DNA from: an uncultured Bacilli bacterium | GTDB lineage: Bacteria; Bacillota_I; Bacilli_A; RF39; UBA660 | Direction: 5' to 3' | DNA length: 64,000 nucleotides | Assembly: GCA_947629135.1 (NCBI GenBank) | Contig: CANRCN010000001.1 | Coordinates: 411 to 64,410, forward strand | Shown: one piece after another, positions 31,467 to 42,301 of the stretch | Position numbering within the stretch: position 1 is the first letter of the stretch | Layout of the letters: the number at the start of each line of letters is the position of its first letter | The notes under the pieces: model-generated | Seen by the model: the letters and a program-made list of their open reading frames with translations, nothing else | What the model was told of the DNA's origin: nothing | The model's database searches: none | Position numbers and translations under genes: made by a program

Positions 31467-31495
31467 TTGACAAAATTGTGATTAATTTTTATAAT
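31467..31495 (+). promoter_or_regulatory. consensus sigma-A promoter inside the capsule locus
   Basis: TTGACA (31467-31472) -17 nt- TATAAT (31490-31495), 35 nt upstream of GTG 31531. Confidence 0.6.
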
Positions 31496-31530
31496 ATAGT
31501 AAATTTTTAATTTAGGATGGAGGAATTATT

Positions 31531-32649
31531 GTGAATAAAATATTTTTATTTATGAATAAAATTTATAAATATCTTTTTGAAAAGTATTTGTTTTATAGTC
31601 GTATTCATGCAGAAAAGAAGAATATAAAAAAGAAGAAAAATTTAATTAATAAAGTAAATTTAACTGATGAACAGGTGTTAGAAGTTGATAAGTTATGGTT
31701 AGAAAATTATGGTAAAAAAATTCCAAAAGATTGGCATAGATTATATACTTCTTATACAGGAAAGTTTGATAAAAACTATTTTCCAGAAATATTATTTACT
31801 GCAAATATACTAAATAAATTAAATCCGAGAGATATAAAGAGGTTTTTTTCCGATAAAACATTAGCTCAATATTTTTATAGTTCACTTGATGAAAAAAAAT
31901 ATAAGGTTGTAAAAAATTATGTGTATAATTGTAATGGCTTTTATTATGATGAAACAGGAGTTATTACTTATGAAAAAACTATTGAAATTTTACAAAATAT
32001 TGGCGAAGTAATTATAAAGCCTACTCTTGATACATGTTCTGGAATTGGAGTAGCATTATTGAATATAAAAGATGGTATAGACATTATTTCAGGAAAAAAT
32101 ATAAAGCAAATTTTTGAAGAATATAATAAAAACTTTGCGATTCAAGAAAAAATAATACAGCATGAAGATTTTGCTAAATTGAATCCTAGTTCTGTTAATA
32201 CGATTAGATTACATACTTATATATGTGATGGTAAGGTGTATTCTACACCATTGTTATTGAGAGTTGGTAGAGCAAATAGTGTTGTTGATAATTTTCATGC
32301 AGGTGGTATTGGTGTAGGGATTACAAAAGATGGCTATTTAATGAGAGAAGGGTTTAAAGAGTATGGTGAAAGTTTTTTAAAACATCCAGATACAGGAATT
32401 GTCTTTGAAAAATATCATTTACCAAAAATACCTGAAATGATTGATTTTACTATTAAATATCATTATAGAATTCCCCATATAGGTGTAATCGCTTGGGATT
32501 TAACAGTTGATAATGATAATCGAATAGTTATAATTGAGACAAATATTTCTTGTCCTGGAATTTGGTTACCACAAATGATAACTGGAGAGTCATTTTTTGG
32601 TGAAAATACTAAAAAAATGATTAGAATGTTAAATGAAAATAAAAAGTAA
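31531..32649 (+). CDS. sugar-transfer-associated ATP-grasp protein (ATPgrasp_ST type)
   Basis: GTG start with GGATGGAGG RBS; ATP-grasp-like core 'GRANSVVDNFHAGGIGVGI'; second ATP-grasp next to the TupA-like gene. Confidence 0.5.
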   Translation: MNKIFLFMNKIYKYLFEKYLFYSRIHAEKKNIKKKKNLINKVNLTDEQVLEVDKLWLENYGKKIPKDWHRLYTSYTGKFDKNYFPEILFTANILNKLNPRDIKRFFSDKTLAQYFYSSLDEKKYKVVKNYVYNCNGFYYDETGVITYEKTIEILQNIGEVIIKPTLDTCSGIGVALLNIKDGIDIISGKNIKQIFEEYNKNFAIQEKIIQHEDFAKLNPSSVNTIRLHTYICDGKVYSTPLLLRVGRANSVVDNFHAGGIGVGITKDGYLMREGFKEYGESFLKHPDTGIVFEKYHLPKIPEMIDFTIKYHYRIPHIGVIAWDLTVDNDNRIVIIETNISCPGIWLPQMITGESFFGENTKKMIRMLNENKK

Positions 32650-32678
32650 TATTCATATAGAAAGAAGGTGTTTATAAT

Positions 32679-33710
32679 ATGATGAATAATAAAAATAAAG
32701 AAATAAAAAATGATGAAATAATATTTATAAGGAAAAATAAATATTATGATAGTGCAAAGCCATTAGTTTCGCTATATACTCCTAATTATAATGGAAGAGA
32801 TACTATTCAAAGAACATTTGACTCAGTAAAAAATCAAGTGTTTAAAAATTTTGAATATATAATAATCGATGATGGTTCTACTGATGGTGTTGAAAAAATA
32901 ATAAATAAATTTATGGATAATGTGGATATACCAGTAATATTTATAAAGAAAAAAAATGGTGGTTTACATACAGTAAGAAATTTAGGTGTTAAATATGCAA
33001 GAGGGAAATATTGTACTTGTGTAGATAGTGATGATGAATTATTACCTGAGGCTTTATCTACATGTGTTGCTGCTTGGGATAGCATACCTAAAAATAAAGT
33101 TCATAGATATCGAGAAGTTGTAGCATTATGTGAAGATGAGAATCACAATATTGTTGGAAGTTATTTTCCAGACAATATAAATTCTGTCGATATGAAAACT
33201 GCACGAAAATTATGTAGAGCTACCAAAGGAGAGCATTTTGGGATGGATATTACAAAGGTAAGAAAAGAAAATTTATTACCTGAGCCTAAAGGTGTTAAAT
33301 ATGTTGTAGAAGATATTGTTTGGCGTAAGCTAGATTTAGAATATGATTCATATTATATTAATAAAGTGCTTAGAGTTTATCATTTAGAAGGCGAAAATCG
33401 TATGAGTAAGAATAAAAACAAAAATATTCAAAATGTTATAAATATGTTATATAATTCACACTACTATTTAAATAATGATAAATTATATATTGATTCTTTT
33501 AAACAAAAAATAGTTATAATTATTAGATATCAAGTTGCTAAAAATATTGTAAATCGTGCAAAAATAAAAGTAGAGTTTGATAATACCATAAAACATATTA
33601 AAAATAAGTTTTTAATATGTATATTATATATTCCATGTTTCTTTTATACGTATATTTACATTAATAAAAATAAGCCAATACGTGAAATTTTAAAACATAA
33701 AAAAGATTAA
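32679..33710 (+). CDS. GT2-family glycosyltransferase
   Basis: 'SLYTPNYNGRDTIQRTFDSVKNQVFKNFEYIIIDDGSTDG' GT-A N-terminal signature with DxD. Confidence 0.75.
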   Translation: MMNNKNKEIKNDEIIFIRKNKYYDSAKPLVSLYTPNYNGRDTIQRTFDSVKNQVFKNFEYIIIDDGSTDGVEKIINKFMDNVDIPVIFIKKKNGGLHTVRNLGVKYARGKYCTCVDSDDELLPEALSTCVAAWDSIPKNKVHRYREVVALCEDENHNIVGSYFPDNINSVDMKTARKLCRATKGEHFGMDITKVRKENLLPEPKGVKYVVEDIVWRKLDLEYDSYYINKVLRVYHLEGENRMSKNKNKNIQNVINMLYNSHYYLNNDKLYIDSFKQKIVIIIRYQVAKNIVNRAKIKVEFDNTIKHIKNKFLICILYIPCFFYTYIYINKNKPIREILKHKKD

Positions 33711-33799
33711 TAAAAATAATATAATATTTTTTACAGAAATATTATCGTATGATTATCAACTAATGAGTTCAAAACTAAAAATGAAAGGAGAATTTTTGT

Positions 33800-34966
33800 A
33801 TGAAAATAGCAGTAGCGGGAACTGGATATGTTGGATTATCAATGGCAACATTATTAAGTGGAAAGAATGAAGTAGTTGCACTTGATATAGTTCCTGAAAA
33901 AGTTGAAATGATTAATAAAAGAATTTCACCAATTAAAGATGAATATATAGAAAGATATTTTAAAGAGAAAAATCTTAATTTAAGAGCAACTTTAGATTAT
34001 AAAGATGCTTTTAATGGTGCAGATTTTATTATAATTAGTACACCAACTAATTATGATGATGAAAAGAATTTCTTTGATACTTCAAGTGTTGAAGATATTA
34101 TAAAAAAAGTAAAAGATATGGGAATTAATGCAACAATGGTTGTAAAATCAACAATACCTGTTGGTTTTATTGAAGATGTGAAGAAAAGGTATGATATAGA
34201 TAATATTATGTTTTCACCAGAGTTTTTAAGAGAAGGACATGCTTTATATGATAATCTATATCCATCTAGAATAATTGTAGGTGAAAAAAGCGATAGGGCT
34301 AAAGTATTTGCTGATTTATTGAAAGATAGTGCTTTAAAATCTGATATAGAGATTAGATTCATGAATCCTACTGAAGCTGAAGCTGTTAAATTATTTGCAA
34401 ATACTTATTTAGCACTTAGAGTATCTTATTTTAATGAATTAGATACTTATGCTGAATTAAAAGGATTAAATACAAAAGATATAATAGAAGGAGTATGTTT
34501 AGATCCAAGAATAGGAGATCATTATAACAATCCATCATTTGGATATGGAGGATATTGTTTACCTAAGGATACTAAACAATTACTTGCTAATTATGATAAT
34601 ATTCCTCAAAATCTTATTTGGGCAATAGTTGAGTCTAATAATACTAGAAAACAACATATTACTAATATGATTATGAAGAGAAAACCTAAAGTTGTTGGAA
34701 TATATAGATTAACTATGAAAACAAATTCTGACAACTTTAGAGCAAGTGCTATTCAAACTATAATAGAGAATTTAAAAGAGCATAATGTCGAAATAGTTAT
34801 ATACGAACCAACAATTGATAAAAAAGAATTTGCTGATTGTAAAGTAGTCAAGGATTTAGATAAGTTTAAAAGTATTAGTGATGTTATAGTAGCTAATAGA
34901 ATTGATGCTAATCTTGAAAATATAAGAGATAAAGTATATACAAGAGATTTATATAGTAGGGATTAA
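33800..34966 (+). CDS. ugd: UDP-glucose 6-dehydrogenase
   Basis: 'MKIAVAGTGYVGLS' NAD-binding start, catalytic Cys region 'GGYCLPKDT'. Confidence 0.9.
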   Translation: MKIAVAGTGYVGLSMATLLSGKNEVVALDIVPEKVEMINKRISPIKDEYIERYFKEKNLNLRATLDYKDAFNGADFIIISTPTNYDDEKNFFDTSSVEDIIKKVKDMGINATMVVKSTIPVGFIEDVKKRYDIDNIMFSPEFLREGHALYDNLYPSRIIVGEKSDRAKVFADLLKDSALKSDIEIRFMNPTEAEAVKLFANTYLALRVSYFNELDTYAELKGLNTKDIIEGVCLDPRIGDHYNNPSFGYGGYCLPKDTKQLLANYDNIPQNLIWAIVESNNTRKQHITNMIMKRKPKVVGIYRLTMKTNSDNFRASAIQTIIENLKEHNVEIVIYEPTIDKKEFADCKVVKDLDKFKSISDVIVANRIDANLENIRDKVYTRDLYSRD

Positions 34967-35130
34967 AGAAAATGTAAAAGAGAAAATTTGAATGTAATTA
35001 TCTTTTAATGTATACCAAAAGATAAAATATATGAATACCCTTGATAGTGAAGGAGAGTAAAATATATTTCAGAAAATATTATATGATGAAGATTATATAG
35101 ATAAAAGCAAAAAGAGGAGGTGACTTTAAA

Positions 35131-36373
<1,243 letters not shown>

Positions 36374-36469
36374 AGATAATAATAAAATTTAATTTAATCA
36401 CGTGAATAATATTAATAATTACTTATTTAATTATTATAAAATTTAGTTTATATATTAAATAAGGAAAGG

Positions 36470-37474
36470 GTGATTAAATTGAAAACTAAATTAAAAGAAA
36501 GATTAAAAAAGTATGCAATAGTTAAAAAAATAATAAAGATTAGAGAAAAACGTCGTATAAGAAAAGAATTTCTAAAAGAGTATAAATATTTTTATGAATA
36601 TTATAATATGCCAAATCCAACTAATTTAAAAAAGCAATATAAAATGTTACTTAATATCCATGCTTTAGAAAAGGGAATGTTGAATAAAAAAATGCGACCT
36701 TTTGGAGTAGAGAAAGTAAATCAATTAATTGAGTTATTTAATGAAGTTGATGATAAAGACTCATATGCTTGTACTTTAACAATAGGAATATTAAAAGCAT
36801 ATGTTGATGTTTATGAAAAAAATGGATGGTCTTCAAATGAAGAATATATTAAAGTAAAGAATTTTCTAGATGAGCATATAAGTAATGACTTTAAAAAAGC
36901 AGGAACATATAATTTAAGTAAAAAAGAAATAATGAAAGATTCGGAAATTAATTATTTAGCCTTTTTATCAGGTAGACATTCTGTAAGAAGTTTTAAAAAT
37001 ATACCTTTAAAAGAGGAAGATATCAAAAATGCAGTAAATATGGCTATTATGTCACCTTCCGCTTGTAATAGACAGATGTGCAAAATTTGGCATATTATTG
37101 ATGATAATAAAATAGATGTGTTGAAAAAACATTTATCTGGTTTAGGTAATTTTAATTTAGATAATAAAATAAGTTTCTTTATTATTACGTTTGATATGAA
37201 TAATTGCTTATTTCTTAGTGATAGACATGATGGAAGGTTTAATGCTGGTTTGATGGCAATGAATTTTGTAAATGGTTTACATTCACTTGGAATAGGTTCA
37301 TGTTTTCTTCAATTTGGAAATACTATAGATGATGAAATAGAAGTTAAAAAAGTACTTGGAATACCAAATAATGATCGTATTGCAATAGTAATTGCAGCTG
37401 GTTATTATGAAGATGAGGTTAAAGTAACATATAGTGTTAGAAAAGATATAAATGATATTTTTTTTGAAAAATAG
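36470..37474 (+). CDS. nitroreductase-family flavoprotein with ~150-aa N-terminal extension
   Basis: 'LSGRHSVRSFKNIPL' nitroreductase FMN-binding signature; GTG 36470 or TTG 36479 start with AGGAAAGGG RBS. Confidence 0.65.
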   Translation: MIKLKTKLKERLKKYAIVKKIIKIREKRRIRKEFLKEYKYFYEYYNMPNPTNLKKQYKMLLNIHALEKGMLNKKMRPFGVEKVNQLIELFNEVDDKDSYACTLTIGILKAYVDVYEKNGWSSNEEYIKVKNFLDEHISNDFKKAGTYNLSKKEIMKDSEINYLAFLSGRHSVRSFKNIPLKEEDIKNAVNMAIMSPSACNRQMCKIWHIIDDNKIDVLKKHLSGLGNFNLDNKISFFIITFDMNNCLFLSDRHDGRFNAGLMAMNFVNGLHSLGIGSCFLQFGNTIDDEIEVKKVLGIPNNDRIAIVIAAGYYEDEVKVTYSVRKDINDIFFEK

Positions 37475-37521
37475 GAAGGAAAATTAGGCAGTAAAATTTG
37501 CTGTTTTGAAAGGTGTTATTT

Positions 37522-38600
37522 ATGAATAAAAAGTTAACTAATTGTAAACACGGGGGGGGGGTTATTCCACAGAAAAGTTCACTTCTAAAAAATATAAAAA
37601 TTATTGCTTTAAAATTTTAATATCTGGTATTTTTGCTTTTTTGATATTAAATGTTATTTTTAGTTTTTATTTTAATCCTCCAACTTCTGATAAGGAATAT
37701 GAAAAATCTTCTTTTTTAGTAACTCCCTTTAAATATGAACCAATGGAAAGGTTTACATATGCTCTTGAAGGACATGGTCATGGAAGAGTTAATAATGATG
37801 GATATATAAATGTAGAGGATTATGATTCTAATAAAGAAGTTAATATATTAATGGTAGGGTCATCACAGTTTGAAGCTTTTCAAGTTGATATTAAAAATTC
37901 TGTTACCTATAGATTAAATGAACTGTTGAAAAATAAGTTTGTTTATAATATAGGAGTATCAGGTAATGCATTTCCAGAAAGTATAACTAATATAGCCCCT
38001 GCTATTATTAAATATAAACCTACTGATTACATAATTTTAGAAATGTCAGATGTTAAATATTCAGATCAAGAACTTAGCAAAGTTCTCGAAGAAGAAGATA
38101 ATAAAAAAGATTCTGAAAGTTCTTCAGGTTCAAAATCAGTTAAAAATAACAATGTTATTAGAAAATTTTATAGAAATAGTTCATTTTTAAGATTGTTATG
38201 GAGAAAATTAGAAGAGTTAACCGATAATCGAGAGGCAAATTTACCTGAAGCAAAAGAAGAATTTAATGAAAAACTTACAGGAGAAGTTTTAAATAAAATA
38301 CGTACTATAGTTGAAAATAAAGTTAAAGTAATAATTGTATACCATCCTTCTGTTTCTTTAGAATCTGATGGTAATTTGATACTTTTAAATAATGAAAATG
38401 TAGAAAAATTTTCAAAGTTATGTACAGAAAATGGAATATATTTTCTTGATATGAGTGATAGATTTAGTGCAGAATATAAAAAAAATAATATTTTACCATA
38501 TGGATTTAGTAATACATCAGTAGGAAAAGGACATTTAAATAAATACGGACATGAAATGATAGCTGAAGAATTATATAAATTAATCAAGGAGGAAAAGTAG
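37522..38600 (+). pseudogene. DltD/AlgX-like SGNH-fold membrane protein (MBOAT partner) with a poly-G tract between the predicted start codon and the TM anchor; out of frame in this sequence (phase-OFF)
   Basis: ATG 37522 reads MNKKLTNCKHGGG into G10 and stops at 37620; the long ORF (37548 onward, track 37641..38600) is in the +2 frame and encodes the K-rich/TM anchor, 'MVGSSQ' and C-terminal 'GKGHLNKYGHEM' blocks; G11 or G8 would fuse them. Confidence 0.5.
37552..37561. repeat. poly-G homopolymer (G10)
   Basis: direct read; exceptional in ~25% GC DNA. Confidence 0.95.
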
Positions 38601-38601
38601 T

Positions 38602-39993
38602 ATGTCGTTTGCATCAATAGATTTTTTAATATTTTTTATAGTTGTAATATTGGGAACATTAATTATTCAAAAATTTTTCTCTAAAAGAGTGAAAGAAGTA
38701 TTCTTACTTATTGCAAGTTACTTTTTTTATGGATATTGGGATTGGAGATTTTGTTTCCTATTATTATTTGTAACCTTATCTTCGTATTTTACAGCAAAAT
38801 ATAAAGATAAAAAAGGAATATATATAATAGGAATAGTTATACCATTAATTGTACTAGGATTCTTTAAATATTTTAATTTCTTTTTGGAATCAGTATCAAG
38901 TATAATAGGTCATGATTTAGGAATATTAAATATAATTTTACCAGTTGGAATATCATTTTATACATTTCAAGCTTTAAGTTATGTAATTGATGTAAAAAGA
39001 GAAAAGATAGAAGTTGAAGATGACTTTATAAGATTAGCTTTATATTTAAGTTTCTTTCCACAACTTGTTGCGGGACCAATTGTAAGGGCAGCTGATTTCT
39101 TACCTCAATTAAAAGAAGAAAGAAAAGTAAGTTCAGAAAATTTTAAATATGGTATTCAGCTAATGGCATTTGGATTATTCAAGAAGATTGTAATAGCTGA
39201 TCATTTATCAGTTTTTGTAGATGATGTATTTAAAGTACCAGTAGCATTCCATTGGGCAACGATAGTTCTAGCCGTAATTGCTTATTCAATTCAAATATAT
39301 TTTGATTTTTCAGGATATTCTGATATAGCAATTGGATGTGCTAAATGTTTAGGATATGATTTTAATTCTAACTTTAATTTACCATATATTTCTCAAAATG
39401 TAACAGAATTTTGGAGAAGGTGGCATATAAGTCTATCAACATGGTTAAAAGAATATTTATATATTCCTCTAGGAGGAAATAGAAAAGGTAAAGTTAGACA
39501 ATATATCAATTTATTTATAACTATGTTACTTGGTGGATTATGGCATGGAGCAAGTTGGACATTTGTATTTTGGGGTGGTTTAAATGGATTAGCTTTGTGT
39601 ATAGATAAAATGATACCTAAGAAAAAAGAAAAGAATTTATTTGATAAGGTTATTGGTGTAATATTAACTTATACATTTATATGTTTTACATGGATATTCT
39701 TCAGGGCAGATAACTTTACAAATGCATGGGATATAATAAAAGGAATATTTACTTTACAAAAAGGGATAAGTCAACCTTTTGTATGGGCTTTTGTTGCAAT
39801 TATATTATTAGTTATATTTACAATAGGAGCAATTATAAAATCTCATAAGAATAAAGATAAATATGTAGATGGGTATTATCCAATAGTTAATTTAAATACT
39901 GTATTTGGATTAACAATATTCTTTGTTGTAATAGGATTAATTTTTTGTTTAGCTTTTACAGGCGAACAACCATTTGTATATTTTCAATTTTAA
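38602..39993 (+). CDS. MBOAT-family membrane O-acyltransferase (second copy)
   Basis: 'WRRWHISLSTWLKEYLYIPLGGN' MBOAT His motif; start 1 nt after the DltD-like stop. Confidence 0.85.
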   Translation: MSFASIDFLIFFIVVILGTLIIQKFFSKRVKEVFLLIASYFFYGYWDWRFCFLLLFVTLSSYFTAKYKDKKGIYIIGIVIPLIVLGFFKYFNFFLESVSSIIGHDLGILNIILPVGISFYTFQALSYVIDVKREKIEVEDDFIRLALYLSFFPQLVAGPIVRAADFLPQLKEERKVSSENFKYGIQLMAFGLFKKIVIADHLSVFVDDVFKVPVAFHWATIVLAVIAYSIQIYFDFSGYSDIAIGCAKCLGYDFNSNFNLPYISQNVTEFWRRWHISLSTWLKEYLYIPLGGNRKGKVRQYINLFITMLLGGLWHGASWTFVFWGGLNGLALCIDKMIPKKKEKNLFDKVIGVILTYTFICFTWIFFRADNFTNAWDIIKGIFTLQKGISQPFVWAFVAIILLVIFTIGAIIKSHKNKDKYVDGYYPIVNLNTVFGLTIFFVVIGLIFCLAFTGEQPFVYFQF

Positions 39994-40082
39994 ATATATG
40001 AAAAATATTTTAAATTATTATTAGAATTTAATTAGAAAAAATATAAATGAAATTTATTAAAAAATAGAAAGGTATTTAAAAT

Positions 40083-41099
40083 ATGAAAAAAAAGTTAACA
40101 ATTAGTCAATCTAGGGGGGGGCATAGTAAAAAAGAGTATAAAGGTATTGATATAACAAAATTTATTATGGCAATTCTAGTAATTGCTTGTCATGCAAATT
40201 TATATACCAATTATGATGGAACAATAGGAACAATCTATCTTTTGGTACTTAGTTGTGTTGTTCCATATTTCTTTATAACTAATGGTTTCTTTATGTATAA
40301 AGATGAAGAAACCTTTGAAAATAAACTTTGGGATAATCTAAAAAAAATTATTAAATTATATATAATTTGGAATATAATTTATTTACCTATTAGTATTTAT
40401 GATTATGCTGTAAATGGGTATTCTGTTATAAAAGCAATAATTCTTTATATTCGAGATTTTCTGTTTATAGGTGATCACTTTTTTTCTTGGCCACTTTGGT
40501 ATTTACTAGGATTTATATATGCCTTGATAGCATTAATTATATTAAAAAAATTAAAATTAAATGATAAAAAAATATTTATAATTACGATGTTAACCTATAT
40601 ATTTGCAAATGTAATGGAATATTTAACATCTATTGGTTCTAATAATATTGTTGTAAAATTATTTAGTTATGTCTTTGGTGATGGAAGAGTATTTACTGGA
40701 ATATTTTTAGTTACACTTGGAATACTTATAAAAAAATACAATGATAAAATTAAGATATCTAAAAAAATATTATTATTGCTAATTATAGTGTGCTTTGCAA
40801 TATCAGTTATAATTCCAAATAAGATAAGCGAAGTTGGATTATATATATTTCTATTTTTATTAGTCAAAGAACTTAATAATATTAAATTTAATACAATTAA
40901 CTTTAGAAGGTGTAGTACAATATTTTATTTTGTACACATGATTAATTTATTTATATATATGTTAATTGTTGGGATAGATAATACTTATGGTGTTTATGGG
41001 TTTCTAATAACAATAGTTGCTTGTATGGTAGAATCTATTATTATAATATTTATTCAAAATAAGTGGAATCCAAAAATTTTAAAGGAATTGTTTAATTAA
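40083..41099 (+). CDS. acyltransferase-3 (OatA/WecH-like) family membrane O-acyltransferase with in-frame poly-G (G8) at codons 11-13
   Basis: 'KGIDITKFIMAILVIACHA' acyl_transf_3 N-terminal motif, ~10 TM; G8 at 40114-40121 encodes Arg-Gly-Gly in frame (phase-ON). Confidence 0.6.
   Translation: MKKKLTISQSRGGHSKKEYKGIDITKFIMAILVIACHANLYTNYDGTIGTIYLLVLSCVVPYFFITNGFFMYKDEETFENKLWDNLKKIIKLYIIWNIIYLPISIYDYAVNGYSVIKAIILYIRDFLFIGDHFFSWPLWYLLGFIYALIALIILKKLKLNDKKIFIITMLTYIFANVMEYLTSIGSNNIVVKLFSYVFGDGRVFTGIFLVTLGILIKKYNDKIKISKKILLLLIIVCFAISVIIPNKISEVGLYIFLFLLVKELNNIKFNTINFRRCSTIFYFVHMINLFIYMLIVGIDNTYGVYGFLITIVACMVESIIIIFIQNKWNPKILKELFN
40114..40121. repeat. poly-G homopolymer (G8) within coding sequence
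   Basis: direct read. Confidence 0.95.
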
Positions 41100-41118
41100 G
41101 TTTTGTGTATAAGAAGGA

Positions 41119-42300
41119 GTGATAGAAATGATATATATATATGAAGCAAAAAGAAGTCCAATAGGGAAGTTTAAAAAAGGTTTTATAAATACTGATTGCA
41201 GTATGCTTGGAATGCAAGTTGCTAAAAGTATTATTGAAAATACGAAAATTGATGTAAACAAAATTGATAAAGTTATATTAGGAAATGTTTTATCGGCTGG
41301 TTTAGGACAAAATATTGCAAGACAAATATTAATAAATAGTGGAATACCTGATGATAAAACAGCTTATTCTATTAATATGGTTTGTGGAAGTGGAATGAAA
41401 GCTGTTCATGATGCTTTTAATGATATAAAATTAGGAAATGCTCATTGCATTTTAGCAGGTGGAGTTGAAAATATGAGTATGGCTCCATTATTAAAAGATA
41501 AGTACGATGATAATAAAGAGTTAAAGGATAGTATGTTATATGATGCTTTAACGGATGTATTTTCAAATGAGCATATGGGGATAACGGCTGAGAATGTTGC
41601 AGAAAAATATAATGTAACTAGAGAAGATCAAGATAAATTTGCATATGATTCACAACATAAAGTACAAACGGCAATTGAAAATAAAAAGTTTGATGATGAG
41701 ATAGTTCCAATAAAGACTTTTGAAGGAGAAGTAATAAGTTTAGATGAATTTCCAAGATTTAATACTGAAATGGAAAAACTATCAGCTTTAAAACCAGCTT
41801 TTAAAGAAAATGGAACAGTAACTGCTGGAAATGCTTCTGGAATTAATGATGGCTGTGCTTTGTTATTAATTGGAGATGAAACAATTAGTTTAAAACCTAA
41901 AGCTGAAATTATAGATTTTGCTGAAGCTGGATGTGATCCTAATTATATGGGAATGGGACCATTATATGCAATATCTAAATTATTAGAAAAAAATAATTTA
42001 AATATTAATGATATTGATTTATTTGAAATAAACGAAGCCTTTGCTTCTCAAAGTATAGCAGTTATAAGAGAATTATCTAAAAAATACAATATTAATTTAG
42101 AAGAATTTAACTCTAAAATTAATGTCAATGGTGGAGCAATTGCTTTAGGACACCCAGTTGGTGCATCAGGTGCAAGAATTATAACTACTTTAGTTCATGA
42201 AATGAAAAGAAGAAATTCAAAATATGGTGTAGCTTCACTTTGTATAGGTGGTGGTATGGGAATAGCTGTATTATTAAAAAATATGTGTGAGGAGGATTAA
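41119..42300 (+). CDS. acetyl-CoA C-acetyltransferase (thiolase II, PhaA/ThlA-like)
   Basis: Thiolase signatures: N-terminal 'EAKRSPIGKF', catalytic Cys 'NMVCGSGMKAV', C-terminal 'NVNGGAIALGHPVGASGARI' and 'SLCIGGGMG'. Confidence 0.85.
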   Translation: MIEMIYIYEAKRSPIGKFKKGFINTDCSMLGMQVAKSIIENTKIDVNKIDKVILGNVLSAGLGQNIARQILINSGIPDDKTAYSINMVCGSGMKAVHDAFNDIKLGNAHCILAGGVENMSMAPLLKDKYDDNKELKDSMLYDALTDVFSNEHMGITAENVAEKYNVTREDQDKFAYDSQHKVQTAIENKKFDDEIVPIKTFEGEVISLDEFPRFNTEMEKLSALKPAFKENGTVTAGNASGINDGCALLLIGDETISLKPKAEIIDFAEAGCDPNYMGMGPLYAISKLLEKNNLNINDIDLFEINEAFASQSIAVIRELSKKYNINLEEFNSKINVNGGAIALGHPVGASGARIITTLVHEMKRRNSKYGVASLCIGGGMGIAVLLKNMCEED

Positions 42301-42301
42301 T

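Noticed and set aside
33711-33799. Possible promoter 'tttaca-17-ttatca' upstream of ugd
   Set aside because: The -10 element is weak, so it was not reported as a feature. ugd may be co-transcribed from the 31467 promoter.
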